A DNA stretch of 64,000 bases from contig NW_005201277.1 in NCBI RefSeq assembly GCF_000372725.1, positions 72,347-136,346 of the forward strand, read 5' to 3'. Of this stretch, positions 48,251-60,166 are shown piece after piece. The notes beneath the pieces are model-generated. The model was given only the letters and a program-made list of their open reading frames with translations. It was not told the DNA's origin and did not search any database. The translations under genes and the position numbers were made by a program. The DNA is from Emiliania huxleyi CCMP1516. Taxonomy: Eukaryota. The stretch's first letter is position 1, and every line of letters starts with the position of its first letter.

Positions 48251-49554
48251 CACTCCGTGTAGGATTTTTTTCCGGACTTGCCCGCCCACTCGTTTTTCAC
48301 GGCCGCGCTATAAAAACAGTACAAGTCCGCCGAATTTAAGATTTTAGCTTGCTCTGGAGCCTGGCGTGCTCCAGATTTTGAGCGCCGCGGAGCGGCGCGA
48401 AGCGGATTTTGGGGCCTTCTCCGGGGTGTAATCCAGATTTTAAGCACCATCCTGGCCTCTATGGGGCCTCTTGCGCCTCGTTGCGCGATCGCACCGCAGC
48501 GTTGGGCTTCCGCGCGCTTTCGCGAATTCTTGGGCTACGGCAGGTGGGCTCGCTTACAGTTGTACAGTTGTACCAGCGGGTGCGATGGCCCCGAAGCGGC
48601 TGTCCGCCTCCGGCAAGTCCTCGGCGCATCGGGACACCAGCCACGCCCAGCAAGGATCCGCTACGGGCGGGCCGACGATGCGGGCGGGCTTTGTACAGTC
48701 GCTCCTCTTCGCAAAGCCATCGGCGCCGGGCGCTCGCACGCTGCTGAACACCGTGTCAAAGGAAGAGCACCAGCAAAAGGTGGACGAGGAGACGGTGGCG
48801 CTGAAGCGGCGAGCAGAGGAGGCGAAAGAAGCCGCCAAGCAGAAGCGTCGCCTCTCGGCCGAGCGTTCCGCGGTTGGCCAGCCCGGGTTGGTGGCTTCTG
48901 CCGCTCGCCACGGAGGCAGCATGCTGGACGCGCTGGCAGCGGCGGCAGCGCAGGCACGCGGAGAGGAGGACGAGGACGCGACGGAGGCGGACAGTGACTC
49001 GTCCAGCGATGCGGGCGGTGCGAGTGGCAGTGCCAGCCAGACCTACAAACATTCAGTCACTGGCCACAACGTGATCAAGCCGCCTCTGGGCTGCGTGGTC
49101 TCAAAGAGTGGCAAGAGCCGTCTGTGGACGGAGCACGAGCGGGCTCTCGTTCACGCGGAGGCCGCGCGCGTTACGCGCACCGGCGTCTCGGCAGCGGAGA
49201 AGAAGAAGAGGATCGACTTGGTCCGGGACGGTGTGATTGCCCGGAATCTCTGCACCTCCCACGCGGAGTACTTTGGCCCCGGGTTCGGACTTTTTGCGGG
49301 GTAAGGTATGGTAAGGTCGGCGCCCTGGCGCCGCGACCATACCCCCCCACCCGCACAGGACCATACCTCTGGCCAGCAGGACCATACCCCCCCACCCCCC
49401 ACCCCACCACACGAGCGCGTACAGTAACCGTCGTGTTAGGCCGTCCGGTCGTGCGGCACGTGTTCGCGCGATGCAGTCTGCGCGAGGTGACCCGCCGGCA
49501 ATCGTGCTCACCCCTCAGAGCATGTCCGCAAAGGCCGCCAGGGCCTTGCGTGCC

Positions 49555-49585
<31 letters not shown>

Positions 49586-51179
49586 CCGGTGCGAGCGCGG
49601 GCGCGGGCGCGGGCGCGGTCTCCGCCGGCGCCGCCTCCGCCATGGTCACCTCGGGCGCGGGCGCGGGCGCGGTCTCCGCCGGCGCCGCCTCCGCCATGGT
49701 CACCTCCGCTGGAACGGCCTCCGCCTCCGCCGCCTCCGCTGGCGCCACCTCCGCCTCCGCCATGGTCACCTCCGGCGTCTCCGCCGCCTCCGCCTCCACC
49801 TCCACCGCCTCCGCCGCCGTCGCCTCCGCCGCCGGCGGCGGCGGCGCGGCCACCGTGGGCGCGCGCGCGCGCGCCATCTCGAAGGGGTTGCGCGGCTGGC
49901 CCGAGTTGGGGGGGCTCTTGTAGTACATGCCCCACTCGTTGAAGACGTTGTGGTCCGTGTCCGCGTCCGAGATGACGCCCTTCGGGCAGCCGTCCTCGGG
50001 CTCGTCAATGAGCTCGCGCTTCTCGTCGAGCAACTTGAAAGGACCATCGTGGCGACAGTTTTGAGCGCCTTCAGCTTGCTGAGATCGTGGTCGTCGCCAC
50101 GGAAAGCGTCGCTTGTCGGAAGCCTCCCGTCCATCATGCGGACGGCATGCGGTGCAATCGCAGCGTCGAGCTGTGCGACGCACGACGCAAGCGTACCAGC
50201 GCAGCAGCTGCGCACAGTGGCGCGCTCGGCGTCGTCGGCAGCTGTCCAGGAGCTGAAGTTGAGGCGGCGTCGCGGCGAGAAGGCCCGCGACAGTATCGAA
50301 GCGGCCGGGGCCGCCTTGAGTCGGCATCGTGTCCGCGGCTGTGTACGGCGGCTGTGTACTGGGTTCGAACCCTGTTGTAACGTGGCCGCTCCAGCGATTG
50401 ACCATACCCCCCCACCCGTCGAGCAGGCCGCCTCCGGCGGCCAGGACCATACCCCCCCACCCTTTTGGCGCCGACCCTACCATACCTTACCCCGCAAAAA
50501 GTTGGAATCCCGGCACGCCGAACAAGCCGAAGGGAATATTGTCGCAGGATGTCGCAATGATTCTCAAACGGCAGGTGGAGAAGGGCGACACGTGGGGCGG
50601 CCACCGCGGGCCCGCAATCTCGGAGGAGATCAAGGCCGCTTGCATGTCTGCGATGGCGGCAGTGGTCAAGACAAAGGCTGCTGCTTTCAGTGCTACTGTC
50701 TGATGAGGACCTCTGTGTTTGTGAGGACCTCTCTCCCGCCGACTCCCTACGGCGTAGCGGCCCAACTATACCCTGCGCCATCCGCTGCGCCTTTGCGCTC
50801 AGACCGAGCGGGGGTACCAATCGCGACTTTCTCTCTCTTGCTCCTCCAAAACCGTCCACCCCGGCCACTGGATGCAGTCAGCTGCATAGCTCCCCCTATA
50901 TAGGAGCTGTTGAGGGTCAGAACTGTATGTCTTGTGTTGTGCGCGATGATGCCCACACTGCCCACCCCAGTGCCCACACCATACGCCACTGGTGCTGCTT
51001 CTCCCCCCCCGCTCGCCGACCGCCCGTCCCCTTTCTCCAACCTCGAGAGAGCCGCCGGACGTTGAGCCTCTGTTGCGCGCGCCCGCCCTTCGCCGCCCCG
51101 CACAACCACACACCCCACACGCACATACAGACAAATTAGGCGTGCGGTTCCTCGCCCGTTTTTTTATTTACACGGCGTC
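48251..51179 (+). mobile_element. Probable deleted DNA transposon (Tc1/pogo-like) carrying an interrupted, truncated ORF (48585-49280 + 50512-50703)
   Basis: Imperfect TIRs ACTCCGTGTA.. and ..TACACGGCGT. The MAPKR-starting ORF rejoins in frame after the nested element is removed. No DDE domain is seen, so the superfamily is a guess. Confidence 0.45.
49281..50511. mobile_element. Non-autonomous TIR DNA transposon, 1231 bp, about 44-bp TIRs, GACCATACCCCCCCACCC subterminal repeats
   Basis: GGGTTCGGACTTTTTGCGGGGTAAGGTATGGTAAGGTCGGCGCC versus right-end reverse complement GGGATTCCAACTTTTTGCGGGGTAAGGTATGGTAGGGTCGGCGCC. Confidence 0.9.
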
Positions 51180-51199
51180 GGCGTGAAGCAAAAGGCTGG

Positions 51200-53140
51200 A
51201 TGGCCTACTGTTCATCAAACCAGTTCAACTCGGCATTTGTGCTCGTGCTCTTTGGCGCCGTCCTTCTGCTCTCCAGCCTCGACGTGCAGCCCGCACGCGT
51301 CGCCGACGTGCGGTGGACGCGCAGCGATGACGGGCGCCGGCCGGCCGCTTTGGGCGTTCACGACCGGACTTCGGAGGGGCCGCGAGCGGAGGACGCGCGG
51401 CTGAGGGCCAGCCTTCCAGCTAACCGTCCCGCCGTCGGCACATGCGAGTCGCTCGAGTGCGCGGCGCGGCTTGGAGTGAGCGAGCCGTCGTGGGTGGACC
51501 TCACCTTCCAGCCGCGAATTGACTGGAGGGGCGGCGGCGTGCGAGGTGACTGTGTCGCCGGTGAGCTCGAGTACATCATGCCCAAGTACTGCTCTCCCCG
51601 CGCCAAGAGGGCGGGCGGGTGGCCTTCTGAGGCGCGGCTGCGCGAGGCGGACGTGCACGCGAACGGGCTGCCGCAGGCGGGAGAGATGGGGAGAGAAATG
51701 GGGAGAGAGATGCCATGGGGAGAGATGGGGAGAGATGGAGAGATATGGGAGAGCGAGATGGGGAGAGATGGGGAGAGATGGGGAGAGAGATGGGGAGGGG
51801 TGATGAGAGCTGGACGTGCACGCGAGACGGGCCGCGGAGTCGAGACGAGATGGCCCGAGAGATGACCCGAGATGACCCGAGATGACCCGAGATGACCCGA
51901 GATGACAGGGAGGGCACGAGCCGGGAGCAACAGCCGCGCAGCAAACGAGCACCATAAATTGTGACGCCTTCCTGCTGCGCCTCTCTCTGAGGAAAACTCC
52001 TGGCCTGCCGCAGGCGGGCCTGGGCGAGCTGGCTGCGCTGCTGGGCGGCAAGAGCGCTGCTCGTGGTGCGAGACTCGGTATGGAGCAGGTTTGACCAGAA
52101 GAAGACTGTGACAACCCTAGGCAAGACGCTGCTCGTGATGGGCGACTCGGTGATGGAGCAGTTTTACAACACGCTGCAGTGCCTCGCGGCGAAAGAGTCG
52201 CTCAAGGTGCGAGATAGGGGGAGATATGGGGAGATACGGGGAGATACGGGGAGAGGTGCAGTGCCTCGCGGCGAAAGAGTCGCTCAAGGTGCGAGATAGG
52301 GGGAGATATGGGGAGATACGGGGAGATACGGGGAGAGGTGCAGTGCCTCGCGGCGAAAGAGTCGCTCAAGGTGCGAGATAGGGGGAGATACGGGGAGATA
52401 CGGGGAGATACGGGGAGATACGGGGAGATAGGGGGAGAGGTGCAGTGCCTCGCGGCGAAAGAGTCGCTCAAGGTGCGAGATACGGGGAGATACGGGGAGA
52501 TACGGGGAGATAGGGGGAGATACGCCCCCCCTCCCTGGAAGCGATGATTGAGTGCGCCTGCTCCAAGCGACCGCCACTGTGCCACACCGGAGTCCGCTTC
52601 CCCCCCCCCCTCGCTCAAGGTGCGAGATATGGGGAGATATGGGGAGATATGGGGAGGTGTGCCACACCGGAGGCCGTCCGCTCCCCCTCCTCACTCATGG
52701 TGCCCCACTCGACCCAATTAGTTATTAATTAACTGTTAATTAAATGTTAATTAACATCGAGGCGCCCCACTCGGCCTCGCACGAGTCCTTCCTCCCCATA
52801 TCTCCCCATATCTCCCCATATCTCCCCTCAAGGTGCCCCACTCGGCCTCGCACGAGTCCTTCCTGCTCGCGACCAAGCCCCTCTGGAACAGAGGCAAGCG
52901 GAAGAAGCCGCCCAAGCTGCCCGTCGAGGTGGCCAGCGGGATGCGGATGACGTAAGCTGGTGTGAACAGCGAGCGTCTCTTCACACCTCTAGCTGTGAAC
53001 AGGTGGCCAGCGGGATGCGGATGATGTATGCGCGCGTGACGACGATGCAGCCGGACGAGGTCGAGGCGGCAATTGGCTCGGCCGACGTTGTGCTCCTCAA
53101 CTGGGGACTTCACTACCAGGTGGACACACACACACACACA

Positions 53141-53175
<35 letters not shown>

Positions 53176-54089
53176 GCACCCCGCCCACCCACGCGCGCGC
53201 GCACCGGGCCTTGCACCTTTAGTGCCGCGGGGCTCCTGTCGTCTAGACGTGGAGACGCGAGGGTCGCCTGGCCCCTGCCCCACCACCTCGTGTGCTCACC
53301 TTACCCACCAGGAGATGGACGGCTACCGCACGGACCTGCACCACTCGATGGCACGCCTCGAGGCCTTCGCGGCGGAGCCGGGCCGGGCGGCGCTCTTCCA
53401 GGAGACGGGCGCGCAGCACTTCAAATCGTCAGACCGGCGCGGCTATGCCACCGGCGAGTGGGAGCAGCGCGACAAGAGCAGCGACAAGCTCTGCTCGTGC
53501 CAGCGGACGGAGGACTTCAACGTCAACACGCGCAACCGCGTGCTGCATGAGGCGAGCGAGATGCAGCCGAGATGCAGCCGAGATGCAGCCGAGATGCAGC
53601 CGAGATGCAGCCGAGATGCAGCCGAGATGCAGCCGAGATGCAGCCGAGGTGTTAGCGCCGAGAAGCAGCGCCGAGAAGCAGCGCAACCGCACGAGTCAGA
53701 GAGATTGTGTGCAGCCCCCCCCCCCCCCCCCCGCCCAAAGGTGCTCGGCTCGGGGTCCTACCCGCACGTGAGGCTCCTCCCCTTCTACAACCTCACCCTG
53801 CCGCGCTGGCGCCCCCCCCCCCCACGCGCGGCACTGCCCTTGCTCCCCTGCGAGCTGGGTCTCCTCACACCCGCCGTGCGCTCTTAACAGGCGGTGGCAC
53901 TTTGGAAACTGCACGCACCGCCCCAACGGGTGGAACTACGACACGTGCTGCGACTGCACCCACTTCTGCTTCTCGCCGGCGATGTGGGGCGCCCACCTGC
54001 ACAGCCTGCTCGCGGTTCTGCGGCGTACGGCGGTCGCGGAGAAGCCGGCCGAGACCGTGCGCGAGAGGGTCGCGCGAGGCGCAGCTTGA
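51200..54089 (+). CDS. PC-esterase / TBL-like (SGNH) acyl-esterase/acyltransferase, type II membrane anchor (multi-exon)
   Basis: N-terminal TM, LLVMGDSVMEQFY, VLLNWGLHY, FQETGAQHF and DCTHFC (DxxH). Stop at 54087-54089. Confidence 0.88.
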
Positions 54090-54264
54090 GCGAAACACGC
54101 CGACGAGGGCTTACCCACAGGATTTAGGCATCGCTAAGAAAAAAACGGCAACGAGGGGGGCCTTAATTAAAAAGAGAAAAATCACCTTAACACTCGATCG
54201 TCTCGCCCTCCCTCGCTATCGCAGCGCACTCCCGCTCGCCGTCTGTGAGCCTAGCGCAGCGGCT

Positions 54265-55022
54265 GACTAGTTGCAAATACGGGTGGTGTCACAATGACCA
54301 CTTTTGATGTTTTTTTGTCCGTGTTGCTCCCAGCGCCCTCGCCCGCGCTCCCTGAGGCCATGGCTGGTGATACTAGTATGGGGGGCTACCTGGATACCGC
54401 GAGAGCGACCCAACTCGTCTACATCGTCCGATGATGGTGCCTCAAAGTCAGCCTCCGGAGGCTATCGTCGCGTCGAGCCGGCGGTGGCCGTGCCATGTGG
54501 TTCCACCACCCCTCGCAGGCTTTGCCTCTGACCGCCACCGTTCCCAGGCTGCCTAATGGGATGGAAAGGAAGGCTGGGCGAGCGTATAGAAGCGTGCTCA
54601 ACCTCGTCGTGGCAACCTGCACGGCAGCGCTGGCAGGCGCGATGAGCGTCGTGCCACCTGACCCGAGACGGGTCGCAGGCGTCGTACCGAGCGCGTCGAG
54701 ACCGTGTCCTGATGCGCTCTGCACGGGTGAGTCACGTCGGCGTCAAAGGAGCGACGTGTGACCTGTCAGAGCTTGATCTCCGATCTCAGCGGCGTCGAGT
54801 CGCCTTCGGCGGCGACAGCTAGGATGCATCTCCTCCGTCGTTTTTCGCGCTACGGCCCTGAGAAGCTGGCGCCGCACGCAGGCGGACCTTGTGTATGCGG
54901 CGAACGCTTAAAAAGTGGGTGCTCTACGTCACTTTTTTTGAGTAGATAGTGCCGAGCTGGCCGTGACAGCGATTTTGGTAGTTTTGGGCGGGTTTTGCAC
55001 CACAGACTTTTTGCAACTAGTC
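54265..55022. mobile_element. Non-autonomous TIR element, 758 bp, 4-bp TSD
   Basis: TIR GACTAGTTGCAAA..GTGGTG at both ends. TSD GGCT at 54261-54264 and 55023-55026. Confidence 0.85.
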
Positions 55023-55492
55023 GGCTAGCGCGAACTCGCCGTCACAGGGACTACCGGACTGAGCCTAGCGGAAAACACCATTTTGGCTCGCCAACAAGCC
55101 CTCCAATAATAAATAAATAGAGCAAGCCCTCCACACGCCCCTTATGATATCCGGTTTGAAATTTCTTTCTGGACGGCTACGGTGAGGACGACGGCTTCTG
55201 ATGCCTTTTGTTGTAAAATTCTTTCTACAGAACAAGCTGACGCGGGCCCAGTACCTCGATGAGGTGACTTGGACCACTAAGAATTGGCTGGGGCTGTAGA
55301 AGCAGGGCGTATCTCAGTCGTTCTTCACACGGCAATCGCAGAGCAGGTTGTGAATGAGCTTGCCTGTGGCGGGGGTGGGCGGGTGCACGGAGCTAAGTGC
55401 CTCGCCACTCTCGCAGGAGTCGCTTAGGCGGCTCCCGTGGTGTACCTGTGTTAGTGCCAGTGCGAGCCAGTCCCGTGCCCAGTGTACTCAGT

Positions 55493-55629
55493 AGGTAGGT
55501 AGGTAGAAAGGTGAAGAACAGCCAGGCTCGGACTGGACACCAGCGCGGTATGGGTGGACGCGAGACAGATGATGACGACACGCACGAACGACACACAGAC
55601 ACAAACAAGCTCACAAGACACACAGCCAG
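55493..55629 (-). mobile_element. Non-LTR retroposon 3' end, (CCTA)n-tail family, copy C
   Basis: Family sequence. Flanking repeat CTCAGT at 55487-55492 and 55630-55635. Confidence 0.8.
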
Positions 55630-55742
55630 CTCAGTGTTGGGCGGGGAGATCTTTTGTAAAATTCTTCTGGATGACGCACGGGACCACATTTGGAGCACTT
55701 GTTCGCGAGATCCCGACGAACCCACAGGACCCTCGTCCGCAT

Positions 55743-56530
55743 ATGGGTGCCTCGCATCCCACTCAAGACATATATCCACGCCGGTCCCTGCTCCTGCCTC
55801 CGCCTCAGCCGAACTCATATACCGCCGCGGCTCGTCTGTCCTTCAGGCGGCTGCAGCTCCAAATCCGACGAGACTTGCATCCGGACTGTCAGCGTTTACA
55901 AATCGACGCAGCAAGACGAACTGGGTGTGCGGCTCAGCAACAGCCGCAGCCGCAGCCGCAAAGGCCCTGTCGCGCTCAAACCTGACAAGTCCTTCGGAGA
56001 GCGCGCTGTTGGATACGGCCAGCTTCTCGCTGTCAACGGCGAGCCCGTGCACAGCACCGAGCACGCAGCCTCGCTCATCAAGGAGGCGCCGCCTCCACGC
56101 TCAGAATCCCACCCTCCACCCTTGCTGAAAGCGCCGCCCGCCCCTCTCCCTCATTTGACGCGACTCGTGCCGTCTGTAGGCGGAGGGCGAGGTGACCCTG
56201 ATGGTCGTGTCAGAAGGCCGAAACCGCCGCCGCAGCAGCTCGTCGGTGCGGGAGGACGAGGAGTATATGCGTCAGCTGCGCGCGGAGAGGCTCCGGCGCG
56301 GCCTCCCCGAGAACCCGTCGCCACAGCCCGACACACGGGCGCAGGATGGCGCGGAAGACTGCGGTGTGGCCTGCGGTGAGCGACGCCTCTACACCGCCCG
56401 CATCGCCACGGACTCTCGCCTCCAGCCTCTGACACGTCCTTCCCATTCGAAGCTCACGCGCTGCCCCAACGCCCGCGTGTGCCCCTCAGGACTGTGCCTG
56501 TGCCTCGTAACGGGAGAAATGGTGGTATGA
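55743..56530 (+). CDS. Small PDZ-domain protein with predicted N-myristoylation (MGGCSSK) and Cys-rich tail
   Basis: Exons 55743-55746, 55847-56085, 56180-56375 and 56490-56530. PDZ motifs VYK....LGVRL and LLAVNGEPV....AASLIKE|AEGEVTL. Confidence 0.7.
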
Positions 56531-57235
56531 AGGAGAGCTGATGAGGCGACCAAAGAGACGACGACGATCCCGATCCGCCAAAGAGAGTAAAACAGCCGAT
56601 CAAAGAGGGGGTTTGTTTGTGTTTCTCGCTGTCGGCCTGTGGTTAATCACTCTTACGATTCTCACGGGCGCGCGCCCCCCTCCCTGTCCCTCTCTGCACT
56701 CTGGCCGGGCCCGGGGCGCGGGGGCGCCCGGGCGGGGCGAAGAGGCTTCAAAAGTGTGTTTCTCGGGTCCGTTGGCCTCTTTTGTAGGGAAGAATTTTGA
56801 TACCCGTCAAGACGCCTGCTGGGGGCAGGTTCGTAACGAAGCCGTCTGCTCCCCCAGCAGGTACACACTAGACAGATACCAGGAGGAGAAAGGGGACGGT
56901 GGTGGGTTCGCGACGAGGAGAGAAGGAGGTACTGGCGACGCGCACAGACTGACGTCAGCTCTGCTTCTGAAGTGCACCTCTGACGTCTGAGGCACCTCAG
57001 AGGAAACGACGCACTTGTCGTAACTTTTCGTCAGATTCGATCTCGTCGCCAGACTTCGATTTCTTTCTCTTTGTCAGGCCATGTGCCGCTCGCTCGCCCG
57101 CCCAAGTGGCTTGGACGCGCGGTCGAGGGCACCCCACCTTTTTCTTGGGACGCGCTGGCGCTCACCAGCGATCGTCCCCCCACCCATCCACCCTTTTTTC
57201 TTTGAGGCTGTCGCTCCGAGAAAGCTCGTCTCGCA

Positions 57236-57559
57236 GTGAGTGAGTGAGTATATTCTTGATACGAAACCACGACGACACACAGCAGTCGACTCGCATCGGT
57301 TGCCTCCATGAACGGCGGAGCTATTCTCGCATCCACACCACACCTGGCTCCAACGTGGACACGCCCATAGTTGGGGACACTACTAGCTCACGCATGGCAT
57401 CAGAAGTTTTATCTCTGGGCCCCGAAAGGCATCTCTAGCAGCGGCGTTACGCGTGCGCCCTCCCCTCCTGTGGGCGCATGCGCCTCACGTCTCGACAGAG
57501 CATAAGCCCCTTGGCGTGTGACGAGACGAGTTTTTCGCCATCGCAGCGAGCAGCAAGCC
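57236..57559 (-). mobile_element. Second copy of the 37602 retroposon family, (ACTC)n tail, may extend to about 57690
   Basis: Near-identical to 37611-37918. Confidence 0.85.
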
Positions 57560-57699
57560 ACTCGCCGCAGCAGCCGGAGGCATCGCCGCAGCACTGTCTG
57601 CGCCGCAGTCACGCACCCGTCGACGAAGCTCCCCCCGCGGAAGACCGCGCGTAGCGACGCCTTGACGATCGAGATGAGCGCGCTTGAAGCTCGCCCACC

Positions 57700-59545
57700 T
57701 ACTGCCCCTGAGAGTTGGTTACTGAGTGGGATCGCCCCCCCCCCCCCCCTTGGGATCGAAGCCGCCACACCTCACACCCAACATCACAGGCGGGATCAGA
57801 GAGAGACTCCGCACCGGACACCGCCCGGGCACAGACCCCCTACCCGTCGGACACTGCCTGGACCCCTCACAGAGCGGCCCACACACAGATCACGCATCGG
57901 CAGGTTTGACACCTGGTTCAGGCGTAGACAGCACACACTTGTCACAGTTGCATTGCCCTGCCGGGGGGGACGAGTTCGCAAGGTTAATATTAAAAGCATA
58001 CAAAGTGGTGACCACTGAGTTCTCAGTGGACGACGAACGTCAACTGAACAGAAGAGCGTCCCCACGACGCCTCGGTGCCTCCCACCGGTGTGAGGCCATC
58101 CGGATCTACCCAGTGCGTCCTCCGGACGGACCCGTTCCCGCGATGGCCCACCTTCCTCCGTCACCGAGTTGAACCCCCTCCCCCCCCAGTCCTCGTACTC
58201 GACCGTGACCCCTCTCAACAACTCGACCTCGTACTCGACCTAGCTTCCCCCTCAGTCTGAACCCGATCCTCCACCTCCACCTGGTCCTCTTTCCGCATGA
58301 CGCTGATCCCTCACCCCAGCATACCGATTACGCTTCTCCTGATGTCTCCCAGCACGCATACCTCTGCCTTCCACTTTCGAACTCGCCTCTGATCTGACTC
58401 TCACTGTCCCTCGCCCTGGCGTCTCACCTCGCAAATCCACTGTCGTCCACCCCATGAACCTGTCGTTCTCCTCGTTGCCCACGCCCTTGTTCTCCATGTA
58501 GTCCATCATAAGCTCGTCGTCCTCCTCAGCAGATCCCTCTCTTCCCACCACCTCACTCCTCGACTCTGCGCCCTCGACTCTCTGCCTGCTGCTCCCCGCT
58601 GCTCCGCTACCCCCACTGCTCTCCACTTCCATCTGAAATCTGTCTCTCTGCGCATCACTGACTGCCTGATCGACTGACTGACTCAAAGACTGATTGACTG
58701 ACTGACTGCCTTGACCCCATCCTGAATCTGAATCCATGGCCTCTCTATCCAACCGCGCCTTGTTCTGCTCTTTCGTTCCTAAAAAGAAAGAAAGAAAACA
58801 CACAACCCAAGGGAGGGATGGGAGAACGGCACGCCGCCACCACACAGGGATTTTAAGGAGAGGAGGGTGTGATGCGCTAGCCGTCGCCCACCCTGGGGGG
58901 TCTGCCTCCTCGTATCTCTTTTCGCAGTCTCTCGCCGCTTCTCGCTGCAACCTTCATGCCACCTCGCGGCTGTCCCACTCTCGTCGTTCTCTCCCTTGTC
59001 ACTTCCTCCTCTGTCGCGTCGTTCTCTTCTGCCTCGTCCTGCGACGCCGCCGCCTGCCGGTCCCTTGTTCTCGCGGCTTCTTTCGCCTCTCGGCGCAACT
59101 CCGTCCTCCTTGCGGCGTATCCCCTGGCCCCTCGAGTCTATCGAGCTCCCCTCGCGCAAGGACCACATTTCTGACTCCCACTCCGATCATTTGCCTCCAA
59201 GTCATGTTGTTGCTCAGGTCCACTCTCTCTTCGAACACTCGTGCCTCTACGGATGATGCCGGCGCTGGGGTCCCCTTCGGATGCATCGTGACATCTGACA
59301 ACTGAATTTCCACTGGTTCGTCCTCCTCTGAGTCATCTTCCCCGTCCTCCTTCCGCTCGGCTCTTCGCTCGGTACGTTCGGTGTGGCTCACCCTCCATGC
59401 CGTGAACAGGCGCTTTATCCACCCTATATTCTTCTCTCGTTCCTCTGCCCGTGCCTTGGTCTTGTCGTTGTTTCGCACCCATGTCTGTATGGCAATCGAG
59501 GCTGCTTTCTTTGAGGCTTGAAAAGAATTCTTTGTTCACGAGACG
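57700..59545 (-). mobile_element. Possible degenerate retroelement-derived sequence
   Basis: Purine-rich minus-strand ORF pieces with non-host codon usage. No RT or endonuclease motif was recognised. Confidence 0.3.
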
Positions 59546-59577
59546 CCACTCCACACCGCGCGAAAGCGACCGCAACA

Positions 59578-60131
59578 ATGCCCTGCGCGCCGTCCTGCAC
59601 CCCGACGGTCCTGGCCAACCGCGCCGGAGCTTTCTCGTGCGCCGCGCGTCTTGGCTGGCTCCAGTCCACGCGCGGCGGCGGTCTCACCGAGCACGCCGCC
59701 TGCACCACGGTTGCGGGCGAGTTTCCGGTCGAGTGTGGCGACTGCGCGCCTTTGAGCCTCGTGGCGCAGCCGCATGCTGCCAGCAGAGTAGTGCCGCCCG
59801 CCGCGCCACCGCCGTCCCCTCCCTGGCACCTGCTCAAACTCCCACGCCCGAGCCCGCCGTCGCCGCCGCTGCCGCCCGGGATGCCTCCGCCGACATGGCC
59901 GCCGTCACCACTCCCTCCGTCGCCTCCAGTCGCGCCACCGCTCCCTCCGCCGCCGTCCCCCTCGCCGTCACCCCTCTCCCCGCCGCCCACCGCGAAGCCG
60001 CCGCACGCGCCGCCGCCGAACGCACCGCCGCCGCCACCCCCGTCTTCCCCGCCGTCGACGCCGCCGCAACCTCCGGCGGCGGCGCCGTCTGAGCCGCCTC
60101 CGCCGCAACCGCCGGCGGCGGCGCCGCCTGA

Positions 60132-60166
<35 letters not shown>

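Noticed and set aside
50361..50372. GGGTTCGAACCC, a tRNA T-arm/B-box look-alike
   Set aside because: No cloverleaf or A-box nearby. It also matches the GGGTTC transposon terminus.
57700..59545. Intact retrotransposon or endogenous virus
   Set aside because: No RT, integrase, capsid or polymerase motifs were recognised, only broken low-complexity ORFs.
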